A program made the translations under genes and the position numbers. 64,000 nucleotides of DNA from Hydrolagus affinis (taxonomy: Eukaryota), in contig JAAILG010000109.1 of assembly GCA_012026655.1 (NCBI GenBank), forward strand, positions 1 through 64,000, read 5' to 3'. Below the pieces are notes generated by a model that saw nothing but the letters and a program-made list of their open reading frames with translations, was not told where the DNA came from and made no database searches. Within the stretch, counting starts at the first letter, position 1; each line of letters starts with the position of its first letter. This document shows positions 1 to 13,131 of this stretch, piece after piece.

Positions 1-506
1 TATTCCAAAGAAAGATGGATCTTGCATTTATCTGCATCCCACGTGGACCAAGAATGCCATTTCTGTAGCTTCAGGCAGAAAATCTGCAGGCTGGAAGTAA
101 TGCAGATGATATCACATGATTTAAGGTCACAAAGGTTCCTGGGGTCATTACCATATATATATATATTATGTATATATACACACATATACATATTAAAGGT
201 TGTTGCAATTTGTTTTGTTCTCTATTTGCTGGGTTTGTTAAAGAGAATGAACTGCTAAGAGTGGTAGTGCACAGGAAAGAGTTAAAAACCTATGACCAGG
301 AGCCGCAAGACTTTCTCGTGCTTCTGGTTTGTTGCCCCCTCCCGCTATCCCCTCACCACTGTTTCTTCCCCTCCCACCCACCCACTCTATTAGTATCTAT
401 TTTGTGCAAGCTAATTTAATTCATTGTGTGATAGCTACAGCAGTTAATTTGTCATCAGAGCAGTGCAAAACATTATAAATAACTTTTATTCATTTCTTTT
501 AAACAG

Positions 507-560
507 GGTCCGCCTGGTCCACCAGGTCCAAGAGGTCCTCAGGGTCCCAGTGGATCTGAT
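507..560 (+). CDS. COL11A1: COL11A1 exon 48 (54 bp) GPPGPPGPRGPQGPSGSD
   Basis: ttttaaacag|GGT...GAT|gtaagt; Gly every third codon. Confidence 0.95.
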
Positions 561-662
561 GTAAGTACGAAAATGCACACAAACCTTTTTCCTCACTTTC
601 AAATGAATGTCACTTATAAGTATTTTGTCTCTCACTCTCGTCATCCCTCACTTTCTTTCTAG

Positions 663-716
663 GGAGCACAAGGTCCGTCTGGTGGAATTGGCTCTCCTGG
701 TCGTGTAGGTGAAAAG
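663..716 (+). CDS. COL11A1: COL11A1 exon 49 (54 bp) GAQGPSGGIGSPGRVGEK
   Basis: ctttctag|GGA...AAG|gtagga. Confidence 0.95.
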
Positions 717-1039
717 GTAGGAATATTAATAAGAAAATGGATTGTTCCACATCCTACTGCATGTTCAACAGTTCTTCAATGTGGAGTTCTTCTCATTCTT
801 ATTTTACAAAGCTATCAAAACTCTCCCTGCATGCACACACCCAAGAAATGAGTTTGGGAAATAACATTTTGGCTATTTTGCCTATGGGAGAGATTGTTGG
901 AATATATTCTCACCAGACCAGATAAGGTTACAGCTGCCTAACTTATCGACAGGCCTTCTCAGTGCCACACACATACAGTGTTGGTATGACAGACTGTTTG
1001 AGCTTCTGATTTCTTCCATCCCTTGTTGTTCGTTAAACA

Positions 1040-1340
1040 AAATTCTCAACACCTTTACCTTGGTGTTGGAAGGTTGTTGGGTTCAAGCCTCACATCGGGA
1101 CTTTGCATTCATAGTCTCAATTGACATACCAGTGCGGTCCTGGGGAAGCGCAATATTGTCAGAAAGGCTATCCTTCGGATGCGACATTAACACCTGCCTG
1201 CTCAGTTGAGCATTAAAGAAAGATTCCATGGTACTATTTGAAAAGTGACTTTATGGATCATCTCCCTTGTAAAATGGTCCAATACAAATAAGTTGTTTGA
1301 GCAGATCTCACACTATTTATGAGGTGGCTATAATTTGTAT
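1040..1340 (+). mobile_element. Old, diverged tRNA-headed DeuSINE (SacSINE1-like)
   Basis: gaaggttgttgggttcaagcc (B-box-like) ... cttcggatgcgacattaa ... aaagattccatggtactatttgaa resemble the shark Deu-domain SINE consensus as I recall it. Confidence 0.55.
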
Positions 1341-1389
1341 GCAGGGTGAGGAAACTCAAGTTAGTTTTTTTAACAATCTTTTCTTCTAG

Positions 1390-1443
1390 GGTGAGACAGG
1401 TGAAGCTGGCGATCCTGGCCCTCCAGGAGAACAAGGTTCTCAT
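1390..1443 (+). CDS. COL11A1: COL11A1 exon 50 (54 bp) GETGEAGDPGPPGEQGSH
   Basis: ttcttctag|GGT...CAT|gtaagt. Confidence 0.95.
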
Positions 1444-2614
1444 GTAAGTTACTTTATGTCACTGAACCAAATACTTATCATAATTCCCACAACACAACAC
1501 TTCTCAAACAGAGTACATACCGTTTCCTCACTGTTGACATTTGCTTTGGATATAGTGGTACCAAGTATATTTTAAGATCCCCCCCCACCTACCATTCATT
1601 AATTACGAGATTCGGTCTTGCAGAGTGAATGTTCCTGACACACATACAAAATTAGTTATATTATCCTGGGCATTTGCTTTTCCAAGAGCAAAGCACTTTC
1701 TGATCAGCTTCACTTAGAATTAACAGAACAAATAAAGAATGCAGCAAATCTCATTTATTCTGCCTCACCTCAAAATGGCAACTAACATGTGCTGGCGGCT
1801 CTGAAAGTTAAATTGAAGCTGCCGGATAATCAGTGCAATCAAGCAAGTAATTAAAATGGTGTAATTATGAGGAGATTGTATTGTACAATTGTAAGAGATT
1901 CCAATTGGTTTGTGGTGGCTGTATTTGAAAAGGTCAGAGTAATAGGTCACCTTGTATTTAATTATTTAACCCAATATCTAAATCCTATTAGGTGTTCCAC
2001 TTGATTGGCATTTGAGCAGATATTCCAATCATCGCAAATATAAGAGAACTCACAAAGGTCAAATGATACTTCCAAACTCAGGCACCATGCCATGAGAATG
2101 AAAAGGAATGTGAATTGACTTGATATATATCACAGGCAATTGTTATCACATTGACCGTAAATACAGTCTAAAAGAGTCAACATTAGCTATAAAGGTGAAT
2201 CAATGCTTTATGCCGGTAGACCCTTTATGGTCGACACACCAGTTAAATTTTCTTGATTGAATAATTCTTGATTTGTGCCGTAAATCAAGAAGTATTCGAT
2301 CAAGAAGAAACTGAAAACACACTATTGATCAAACATGGTTAACTAGACTTGTGCAAATATTAGGGAGTGGGGGTTGGGGATTGGTGGGTGGGTTAAGAAG
2401 GAAGTGAATATATTGAATAGATTTTTTGGTGAGGGAACTGTTGAAGGATGTAAGAACTAAAATTTATTATTGAGTTCTTCAAACATAGACATTGAAATGG
2501 ACTCCAATTATGTTGCCATGATAAAATTTGTAGCAATTTAGAAATTATCCTGGGATTTGCTTTTCCGAGAGCAAAAAACCACTTGCAGAAAGACAGCCTT
2601 TTAATACAGAATTG

Positions 2615-2711
2615 ATAATAATAATCCTTGCATTTGATATAGTGCCTTATCACATCTTCGAGACATCTCAAAGTACTTCACAGAATATACTGTAAAGTGA
2701 ATTGACTGTAT
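2615..2711 (-). mobile_element. SINE 3' fragment with (ATT)n tail
   Basis: Matches the 3' end of the full copy at 47000-47319. Confidence 0.75.
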
Positions 2712-3181
2712 TTTTTTTTATTAAGCTCATAGATTGAAGGCAGTATGCAACACTGGTTTATATTGAAAATCTTGCAATTAAGCATTGTCACTTTTGCAGT
2801 GTAACTCTGTCTATTTGGTACTGAACTCATTATTTGCTCTCTGCAATTAGGCCAGTGCTTTTACCCATAGGCCACGAGAGTAGACTGTGATGATGGCATT
2901 TTGTAAGTTTTTAAACAGCAAGAAAAAATATAATTACAATTCTTTGAATAATGAATAATTTATCAAAACAGAAAAGCATATGGTTTATAAATTACACCTC
3001 CGACTGCTAGTCATTTAATAGTATGCCCAGTAAAGCACCAAATCGCATCTTGGAAAGTTGTCCTAGTTCAATTATTCATAGCAGAAATTATTCAAGCTGA
3101 CACAGTTTTATAATGCAAGGTTTCAGATCAGCCGTTCACTAATTGAATGGGCTAACGTGTTCTATTATATCCCTGTATTAG

Positions 3182-3358
<177 letters not shown>

Positions 3359-3359
3359 T

Positions 3360-3585
3360 AAGGGAATAGGAACCAACCCATTGAGCCTGTTACATCAGTT
3401 TATTAGGATTGAATTGGTTTCAATCCTAGTTCCTTTTGTCACACACTTAAAACCCCCCACTACCTAAGTAATTTCGAAGATCTCTTTTGAACAACTCCTA
3501 TCAATTCCGCCCCAAAACCCTTCTGGTTTAGAGCATTTCCACTTCTTCATAATTCTCTGTGTGAATAAATGCCTCCTGACTTCAT
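3360..3585 (-). mobile_element. CR1-like LINE 3' fragment
   Basis: Minus strand reads gaagtcaggaggcatttattcacacagagaattatgaagaagtggaaatgct, the FTQRxxxxWN motif of the CR1 ORF2 end. Confidence 0.55.
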
Positions 3586-5128
3586 TTGACTGACTGTATT
3601 AGTTCTGATGTTAACCCTGCACTGGAAGATCTCAACGAACTGAACTCCTAACTTGTGGAGGTTTCATAAATAAGTTTGACCATCATAGTTGCAACCAATC
3701 TACTTTGGATGAAGTTATGCAAGTTAGTGTTGCTTCTTGCACATTATTAATTAATTGTATTTTCCTCCATAAGTTAACAGGGCATTTGTTTGGTAATGCT
3801 TGCCCATGATCTTTAACTATTACCTTGGAACCTCAGTGACACTGTGACACTTTGATGGATTATATTAAACTTGATAAGTGACTTGCTCTTGCCAGAATTG
3901 ACTTTGAGAGATGGATCACCTGACCACTATCTATCTGTCCATTTACTCCACACAAAGGCACTTTAAATTAGACTATATCAATGTTTTTCAAAATTGATGA
4001 AAATAAGGAATCTAACTTGTTTTATCCCATTTCAAATGGACTTTACTGCTGCACGTTGCTGTGTTCTGCATTGCTGTGTGATTTTGAAATTGACTCTTTT
4101 TCTTACCTGATTTTATTGTTTGAATTTACCTTACAGTACACAAATTAAGACTTGTTTGCAATTATATCAGCATTTTGATTTCTGAGTCACGTCAAGAATG
4201 ATTTCCTCAATTGTATTTGTAGGGATTGTTCACGAACAGTTCTGTCACTTTGATCGATAGTGCTATAGAGCAGATGGAACAGTTGTCGTGCCTTGAATGG
4301 GTTATGAACCTGTCCTAGACACTGTTGCATAATCTGCTTTGATCATACAGAATAACACTGTGAGTTAGAGATAAAACAGACACAACACTACAGCTATGCT
4401 GAAAAGTCACTCATCACCCAAACTGGCATGTTGCAATGAAGCTCAAATGCGCAATTATGTGGATATCAGAGGAATAGTCGTGTCTTTCCACAGAGAACAC
4501 TCATTAGATAAATGCATAGTTTCACTCAGATGTCAAATATTTTGTTATTCTAGTCACAAAGTGAGTGTTGTGAAATCAGAGAAAAATAAACATACGGAGT
4601 GCAGTATGTGAGATTCGCAAACCAAAATTTATTTCAATTAATTGTTAATTTCAGTGAAACATTTCAATGAAATGTTAACTTCAATTCATGATTCTGAGAG
4701 AATTTTTGTTAAAGCTGAATACCAGGATTTGAAAATCTTCTTCAAGAATGATGAGTTTGTGTGTTGAAGCTTTGAAACACTATATTCAATGGGAAATGGA
4801 TAATGAACACTGCTCTTAATTTGCATCAAACTTTGCACTCTCTGGTGTGCCTATAACAAAGAGGACAATTGGTACCATAAACTGCATGGAAAATCTATAC
4901 TTCTTCATTTGTTATTTTATACAGAACATGGTTTATGTATTGTAAGGTTTAAATGAGGTTAAAATGCCCATCGGTAATGTATCATTGAAAGCAACTAATA
5001 ATATAGAATTCACAACAAGGCGAGATAGCTTGAAAAAACCTCCCAAAAAACATACCAGGTTGATTAGTTCATCATTTTGCGCAGTGTATCCCTGCTGAGT
5101 TAATTAATTCAAATGCCTTTTCTTCTAG

Positions 5129-5182
5129 GGCCCAGTTGGTTTCCCTGGCGACCCTGGCCCTCCCGGTGAAGCTGGTGCTGCT
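5129..5182 (+). CDS. COL11A1: COL11A1 exon 52 (54 bp) GPVGFPGDPGPPGEAGAA
   Basis: tcttctag|GGC...GCT|gtaagt. Confidence 0.95.
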
Positions 5183-5532
5183 GTAAGTGAACTTATTTCT
5201 ACAGTTAATATTAATCCTTCAACTCTAAGTCATGCTAGGTGTGCATAATTATCTGTACCAAGTCACTCAATGTATTATCAAAGAGAACGACTCGTAAAAA
5301 TAACAACATTAGAAAAGTTGAAACACCAACAGCAAACAGTATGTGAAAATTAACAATTCATCATTGCCTGTGATATGCATTGCTATTTTGTTTAACACAT
5401 AGATTTCTTTTGACACAAGAAATGTCAAGTTAGTATTAGTATATAAAAAAGTTTCATTTCAGTTAAAAAAATCCAAGTGTTTCAATGTATTACGTGGAAA
5501 TTGAGTGTGCCATTATTGTTTTTCTAATCAAG

Positions 5533-5586
5533 GGTGTCGATGGTACCAGTGGCGAGAAAGGAGAAGATGGAGAGTCTGGTCAGCCT
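5533..5586 (+). CDS. COL11A1: COL11A1 exon 53 (54 bp) GVDGTSGEKGEDGESGQP
   Basis: ttctaatcaag|GGT...CCT|gtaagt. Confidence 0.95.
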
Positions 5587-6039
5587 GTAAGTACTTTGCT
5601 ATTTTCCTTCCAAACCAGTTAAAAAGAGAATGCCATTCATATTGCTTTGAGAATGATAAATGTTTGTTTATGTAATACAATCTGATATTCAGTAACTGTA
5701 CATACCTGAGATTGTATTCAAAGTAAATCATTAAATTGAATAAATGGTCCTGTTAACTTATTGTCACATACTCAGGGCAATATTAATTAAACACTGGGAC
5801 CCATTTTGGACCAGATTTATTCATTTCGATTCCCAAGTCCGAATGGGAAATGCTGCTGATAACTGGAAGTTAATGATTAACAATATGAAAACAATTAATG
5901 ATTGTATTCATTCTAATCTAATTAAGTCACACAGCTTCACTCAGTTCAAAGGTGTTCATCCTAATTTTGAGTTTATGCTTGAAAATGTTAGGCTGGGAAT
6001 TGCCAGGATTTGGCCAGCGATTCACCATTAAACACTAGA

Positions 6040-6580
6040 ATCTCAGGCCATAGTGGCTCAAGGCACAGCCAACGATAGTGGAGTGGAGTGGATGGGGGAT
6101 AAATGGCTGGCCAGAGCCAGTTGGGTGGAGGCAGCTGGTGGTGGAGTGGGGAGCCGTCTATGAGCTTTGGGAAGGGCAAAATCTGGACTGGATGTAGTTA
6201 AGTAGGGAGTGGACCGAGAGGTGTGAGCGAAGTTGGTTTGCAACATTGCATTCCAACACTTTGGCCAAGAAGGGCAGCGATGGATCTAAATTTTGTGAGG
6301 TTGGGAGGGATCAAGGCTAGGTTTTTTTTTAAGTAGAGGACTGATGACAGTGATTTTGAAGAGGTGTGGGACAGTCTGCAGAGAGGGATTGGTTGATTGC
6401 ATCAGCCAGCAGTGGACAGAGGAAAGGGAATAGAGTGACGAGAAGCTGGGTGAGGAGGGGGTTGAGACAGCAGTTAGTGGGCTTGATCTGGGTGACGGTG
6501 GGGGAAGGGTGGAGGGAGGGAAGGGGGTTAAAGGATTGTAGAGTGGGGAGGTCATGGTAGGAGGAGAGGTCGATCCAGGA
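6040..6580 (-). mobile_element. Degenerate L2-clade LINE ORF2 fragment (start of RT)
   Basis: Minus-strand peptide TVPHLFKITVISPLLKKKPSLDPS resembles FKxAxIxPLLKKPxLDP; C-rich sense strand; frameshifted. Confidence 0.7.
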
Positions 6581-7035
6581 GGTTTTGTAATCCAGATCCC
6601 TAAAATGTTTGCTATCAGCTACTGTGTGTGAAAAAATGTTTTATCCAGAGGATAACTCAGCAATGACAACCAGTTAATGTTCTTTGAAAAGCCCCATAAC
6701 TTACAAGCATCGTGCAAGTGAAATAAAACCTAGAACTCCTGCCACAGGTGAATTATGGGGAGTAGATGACCCCTGGATTCATATCTGAGCCGTTCAATTT
6801 GTTTATGAATGTTGTTCCTGACTTTTCCAGTTGAATGATAGCTTACACATTCGTATCATCAATTCTGTTTTCCTTGTGTGGAGCTATGGTTTCACTTACC
6901 TATAAATACATATTGTGCTTCACACATTTATCTGGAATCATAATATTGTACATGCACAGAAGGAATCAAGGCAGAGTGTCAAAAAATATTTGTTTTCTTT
7001 TTATTTATATTAAAAAAAATTCTAAATACTTTTAG

Positions 7036-7089
7036 GGTCCCCCTGGTCCATCTGGAGAAGCTGGACCTCCCGGGCCTCCTGGCAAGAGG
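7036..7089 (+). CDS. COL11A1: COL11A1 exon 54 (54 bp) GPPGPSGEAGPPGPPGKR
   Basis: acttttag|GGT...AGG|gtaagc. Confidence 0.95.
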
Positions 7090-7329
7090 GTAAGCGTTTT
7101 CATTTGATTTACATCCTCTTTTATCATGTTTTATTCAAAGTCTGTTCATTTTTACTGCATGCACGATTCGCATATTGGCATAAAAGGGAAGTCATGTTCC
7201 AGTTTTGAAAGTGAGTGATAATAATGATCAGCATGAACTCACTGGTAAGTACAGTATTGCCTCTAAAATGCACAATCATTATAGTGTAAAAAGTAAACTC
7301 AGGTCAATAATTTTAGATATGTCATGACA

Positions 7330-7570
7330 GCAGAACATGAGAACATGGGTTTAGAGGTATAAGGGGTACCTTCAAGACAGATACCAAGAAGTTTTATTTT
7401 TACGCAGAGAATAATCAGTGACTGGAACAGGTAGCCAGAAAAAGTGGTGGAGGCCAGGACACTAGCGAGATTCATTTAAAAATCAGCTTGATGCAGTGAT
7501 AGGAGGATGGTAAGGTGGGTGTCTGACAGAGTTGAGAACAGATGAACCAAAGGGCCTTCTTTATTCAGAG
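7330..7570 (+). mobile_element. CR1 LINE 3' end fragment
   Basis: Encodes KFYFTQRIISDWNR*PEKVVEARTL, followed by a CR1-type tail (gatgaaccaaagggccttct). Confidence 0.7.
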
Positions 7571-10500
7571 CAAACTTGGTGATCTGTGGCTCCTCTAAAC
7601 CAATTTGACCTGCTCATTCCAAACCCTCACTCCTCCCCTCTGCCCCTCCCCTCTGCCCCTACTTTCCTCCCAGCCAACGCATGACCATTTAAATACTTGT
7701 TCTTTATGCAGAGAGAATTCATGTTCTTCATTACTCACAGAGGAAACAGTCATTTGGTAAAGCTTCTTGCTGCTAGGTTGCAAAAATAATATGTACAACA
7801 TTGATTTCATGCAACGTGAAGGGGAAACAACGTAGCTAAGGCACTGTATAAATAGAACGATAATCTAAAAAAAAAAAGTTTTCTAAGATAAATAAAATGC
7901 TTTTGAAGTTATTCTACTATAATAAAGATTCAACAAAGCATAAGGGAATTGCATTATGGTATAAATAAGTGTATCGACAAGAGTCCTGTGCATTAGTATT
8001 CATCCTGCTGTTCACCATTATGGTTTTTTCTCTGCCTTATTGACTCTATGTTTGTTGATCATCTACCATACACCATGTCGACTTAAGATAGTAACACACA
8101 AAATGGAATTTGAGAAATTCAATAGCCGGAGGCTGATTATTGTTTTTATGATGTGCTGTGCCTGTGATGATGAAATAACAATCGAGGAAATAAGATATGC
8201 ATTCCCTGCAAATGAAGCTTTACATTGGCTCACTGACTTGTGGATTTGTGGTAATTGTAATGTCACACACTTATTAAGTTAAGAATAAATGCTACATTAA
8301 TATGTTTTAGCAAGGTATTAAGCAGTTTCATTGCTGATTCCCATCCATAAATTTGTAAGTCGTTCACTGAAAATGAGGCGCACATGTTCAATAACTAAGA
8401 TGGTAAAGGTAAGAATGTTGTGCTACGTGATTACTAATCAATCTCCAATTTAGAGTTTTCAATTAACTATTTATTGTTCGCAAAGACATGCAGTGGTAGC
8501 GGTCCTTGTAAAGTGATATTGTAAAGAATCATTTTGGTCACCTTTCTCTGAATCCCTTTGTACTGATTTCATGTACTGACCTTACAATACATAAAAGTGC
8601 AATGGCTACATTATCCCATTTGTATTCCTAGTAATATTTTGTATGTTTAATATATTTAATATATTTTATATTTTATATATGTTTAATATATTTTTCTCCA
8701 TTCCTGCTAAGATTGACTTATTGACTCCCATTCAACATGCATTAGCAAATAGAAAGTTTAATTATATTAGATTGAAGTATTCCATTGTGAACTTCCTACC
8801 ACCCAATGCAAACCATTGTCATTATAACACCTTATATAAAACAAAATATTTATTTTCACAGCAGTACATGCCTTAGAGTTCACTTTAATGGTAGTTTTCA
8901 TACTATGGGTATGAAATAATATGAAATATGAAATAACATTGGTTTATATGGATATAAACCAATGTTTACCATTAATACATAGTAGAGAATTTGAGTTTTG
9001 AACAGGAAGATTCAGTTTTGGAAGCTGCAAAATTGTTCAGCAAAATCTGAGTTTAAACCAATCGCTGGAACATTAAATTTGACTTCTAATCTGGCAGATG
9101 AAATGACGCAACTCAAATTTCCGTTAAAAATCTAGATAAGCAAATTTCAAACCTACGAGGGCTCATTACTTCTGAGCTCCTCACTCAGGAGCAAAATTTG
9201 TGAATTGGGGCAAGGATAGTACAAATAAAATGTGTATTAGTTAGTCAACCATAATCCTTGTAAAGCATTGTGCAGTACATGTGGTGAATTAAACAAAATG
9301 TTCTCGATCATTAGGAGTATTAAAAGGGAGGTTGAGAAAGGGGATTTACAAATCTTTAATTGACTTTTGGCACAGATAAATTGTCCCATTATAGCTTTAT
9401 TTTGTTACAGCTTTATTATTTTTCACAAATACATTTAAAAGTAAAATATTAATAAAAAGGTTTACAATTCCATCTTTCACCTGTGTATAGAAAGCTTTTT
9501 GACGAAGGATGGAAAGAGTTTTCAAACAGAAAATACATTAAGTGTTTACAGTGACAGCCATGACTCTCACCTGTAACACAATATCAAATGCAAGGATAAT
9601 TATAATTTCTTCAAAGAAGGAAACACAATGAAGCTATCATTTCTGGGACTGGTGAACAATACAACACATTTTAAGGTTATCATTAGAACTACAGTACTTA
9701 TAACATACCATATGGCAGCATAGAGTGTTGCAAGTAATAAATTGTTTCTGTACTTTGTAAGAATTCAATTATTTCTGAACTTGATTTTTTTTTTTAAAAA
9801 CTCACTGCGAGAATACTAATGTCAGACTTTAACAGCTCTATGGTACATATTGGATTGGAGGATAATGCATTTCAGTAAGTTGGAATGAATTGTAGATATC
9901 TTTGTGTACTTGAGCTGGCTTGGAGCCAGCCATCCATACAAGTTGAAACTGAACCTTTTATTCCCCATTATGAAAAATACCATTGCTGTGATATGATGCC
10001 CAAATGCTAAGGCTGTTGGTTAAGAGAATAGACAAGTAATGTCCAGTGACAGGTAATAGCTATTACAGAAAAATAAGGGTGGGTAACGGTACCAATTACA
10101 GTGATATCCATTGTATTATAAGAATTTAAAATATATTTATTCAGGGTGAAATAGTAATAAGTTGCAGCTGGTTGCAGCTCTAATCTAATAACAGGCAAAA
10201 TTCAATACAAATTTACATTTACATAACACTTTTCACGCCTTGGGACGTCTTCCCAAAGCACAACAGTCCCGGCCTGGCACCCAAGGTGGGTTGGGAGGGG
10301 CAATTCGCCCTGGCGTTTTTTTTTTAGCATAAACCCAACTGCCTCCTTCCCTCCCCATAGATTCTGTATTGTTTCCCCATGGACATCATCAGATAAAAAG
10401 TACCATCTCCACATCACATCAACAACAGTGAAAATACCGCAGCTTTATGTGTTTAAATTGAAATAATGGGGTTTGAAATTTTAATTTCTCAACCAGGGGA

Positions 10501-12290
10501 AAGAGTTGCAATGCATTCCATTTTACTGGGAGCAACAATAAAAGTATCCCCATATTCCTCGTAAATACTCCTGCAGCTGGTCATACCCATGCAGGCAAAT
10601 AGCAAAGGAGTTAAGTTTCAAGATCATAAATATCACAATATGACCTTGTAAATAAATATTACCTTTAAACACCTTATGAAGGATTTCCTCGGTGGCTTAG
10701 TGAGTCGCTTAGTTAAACAGAAGATTTATACTTTTTGTAACCAGCGGTAGATTTCTTGAACTATTAGAACATGTTTGCAAGCTGTTGGGATTTCAAGCAA
10801 TTAAATATAAATGAGGCAGTGAGAATACCTCTCACTCATTTTTAAATATAATTTCAATAAAAGTCCTCTAATAAGGACTGAGCAAAAGAGACACACAGCA
10901 TCTAGTTTGATAGTGGTAGCTTATAGCACCTGCTTCTGACTCCACCACAGCCCTGGCTTTCATTTCATGCATTAGACAAGAAAAAATGGTGCTTGTGTTT
11001 TTAAAATTCAGCCTTAGTTTTCAAAGCCATATGTTCTGTAATTTGCTGCAAGATTTTCAGGAAACTGCTTTCAAAGTCTGGATAGAATTGAATTAACTTG
11101 CAAAATTCTGGACACAGAAATGGTGCTCGAATAGAATAAGCCAAGACCTTGGTGTCGTTTCTCCCCATATAAGCATTCAATAACTAATTGTCATCATAAA
11201 ATCTGTATAATTCGTATTCCTTGGCAGAGAGTATGTATTGTTAAAATTGTAAGGTACAATATGGCGAGAATTAATTGATGTAAGAAATAGGCTGTTTCTC
11301 GTTTTAGATAATGTACTTTGCTTTTTCTGCAGTCTGCCTGCAAATTTGAAATCTTTACGTCTCTTCGGGGAAGTGACTTGAATGTTTGATAGCCTTGAGC
11401 ACTGAGTAATTCTACCAATTTGCTATTTAGTAAAAGTTTTACAGTCTCAACTGGTCAATTAGTATTGGCTTCTCTGCAGCAGTTAGCATTTCAATGGCGC
11501 TGCAACTCAACAGTAAGTGTGTGACATAAATAATAATTAACAACTCTTCCACAAGAAAGAATACCATCTGTACAAAGCCTGTAATCGGCTGTTTTAAAAA
11601 GTAGATCTGCTGATTTTGTCATTTGGTATACCTTGTAAGAATGTTAAATAGCAGCAGTAGTGCAGATTATTTACCATCAGTTTGATGTTGAATATTCAGA
11701 TATTATGGTGAAATACTCACAATAACCCATTGATAAAAGTAACTGATCAGCAAATTAGTGCAGTATTTTGACTGCTGTTTACCAAAGTAGCAATATATCT
11801 TTTCAATCCCTCTTTTGGTTATATTTATCTCTGGAATTAAACTAGCAAGAAATGGCAAGGTATACAGTACTGTATAATATTGAATTCATTGGAATTGTAC
11901 AGAAATGTTGCAAAGTAAATTTTAATCACAGCCTCAAGTAATTATATGCAAATGTTACCAATACAATAGACCATACTTAGAATTTTTTATATTAAGAAAT
12001 GCTGAATTTGGCCATGGTATGGTAATTCTAACTCTGAAGTGTTCAGAGCAAGTTATGTTATCATAGAATCTACACAGAAACCCTAGGGCATCTTGAAGTA
12101 AAATGATTGATTGATCTAAAGCCAACGTGTTTTTAAAATGCAATGCTATTTCCATTGTTTTAGTGGTGCATACAGGCATTCATACCATTTTATTATGTTC
12201 TTACTGTATTTATTATTACACAGGACATGGAACATCAGATATGAATTCCGCGTTGTACTCGATTGATATCATACAATGTTTCTATTTCAG

Positions 12291-12344
12291 GGTCCACTTG
12301 GAGCTGCCGGTGCAGAGGGCAGACAAGGAGAGAAAGGTGCTAAG
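12291..12344 (+). CDS. COL11A1: COL11A1 exon 55 (54 bp) GPLGAAGAEGRQGEKGAK
   Basis: tctatttcag|GGT...AAG|gtactg; also visible within ORF 12276..12479. Confidence 0.95.
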
Positions 12345-12745
12345 GTACTGCAGTATTCCTCAGTATTCTTTGTTTCCCACAATTACACTGAAACATTCTC
12401 TTCGTGCCTTGAGAAATCACAATCGGTATTCCTATCTCTGAACTTGCAGAAAGTCCACCTATATGTATCAAAAGATTAGAATTCCCTCCTTCCCCATACG
12501 CTCTTCCACTAATCTATAGAAAACGTGAAGAAATTTGACTGTAACTGTAGTGGGCATGTTCAACTTGTATTGAAAGAGCCACAATTCATGTTTGGCCTTA
12601 TTTTTTTTTTTTAAATGATGGGTTTGAGAGTTTTAACTATGCCAAACTTTAGAATTATCCGCAGCTCGGTTATGAATGGTCACAAACCATTGGAAATTAG
12701 GAAGATCTGTTTGATTTTGACATCAATTTGCTTTCTTCCTGAAAG

Positions 12746-12853
12746 GGTGAATCTGGTTCTGAAGGTCCTACAGGAAAAACTGGCCCAGTTGGGCCTCAAG
12801 GACCTCCAGGTAAAGCAGGACCTGAGGGTCTACGAGGCATTCCTGGCCCTGGG
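12746..12853 (+). CDS. COL11A1: COL11A1 exon 56 (108 bp) [36 protein letters not shown]
   Basis: cttcctgaaag|GGT...GGG|gtaagt. Confidence 0.95.
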
Positions 12854-12951
12854 GTAAGTACAGAATTGATCACATCCCAAACATTTTTTTTCACTGGATT
12901 TATTATTTACACGAAAACCTAGATTAAGAAATATTTCTTTATCTTCTTTAG

Positions 12952-13005
12952 GGTGAACAAGGTCTTCCAGGACAACCTGGTCAAAATGGTCCACCGGGTC
13001 CACTT
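12952..13005 (+). CDS. COL11A1: COL11A1 exon 57 (54 bp) GEQGLPGQPGQNGPPGPL
   Basis: ttctttag|GGT...CTT|gtaagt. Confidence 0.95.
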
Positions 13006-13131
13006 GTAAGTAACGTTTGGTTTTACATTTTTAAAAAACATTTTCACATAAATAGCTGATCATTAAATAGATGAGGTTTTCATTCATTTGCAGTGCCGTT
13101 GTAATGGCTAGATTAATAATTCCGTTGAAAC

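Noticed and set aside
2363-2392. G-run clusters as G-quadruplexes (also about 42787-42820, 52568-52597, 54548-54572)
   Set aside because: Low-complexity or L2-derived tracts with no context suggesting function
8164-8236. Possible intronic C/D snoRNA (GTGATGA ... CTGA about 70 nt apart)
   Set aside because: No terminal stem, no recognisable rRNA/snRNA guide, far from a 3' splice site; the boxes are short and common
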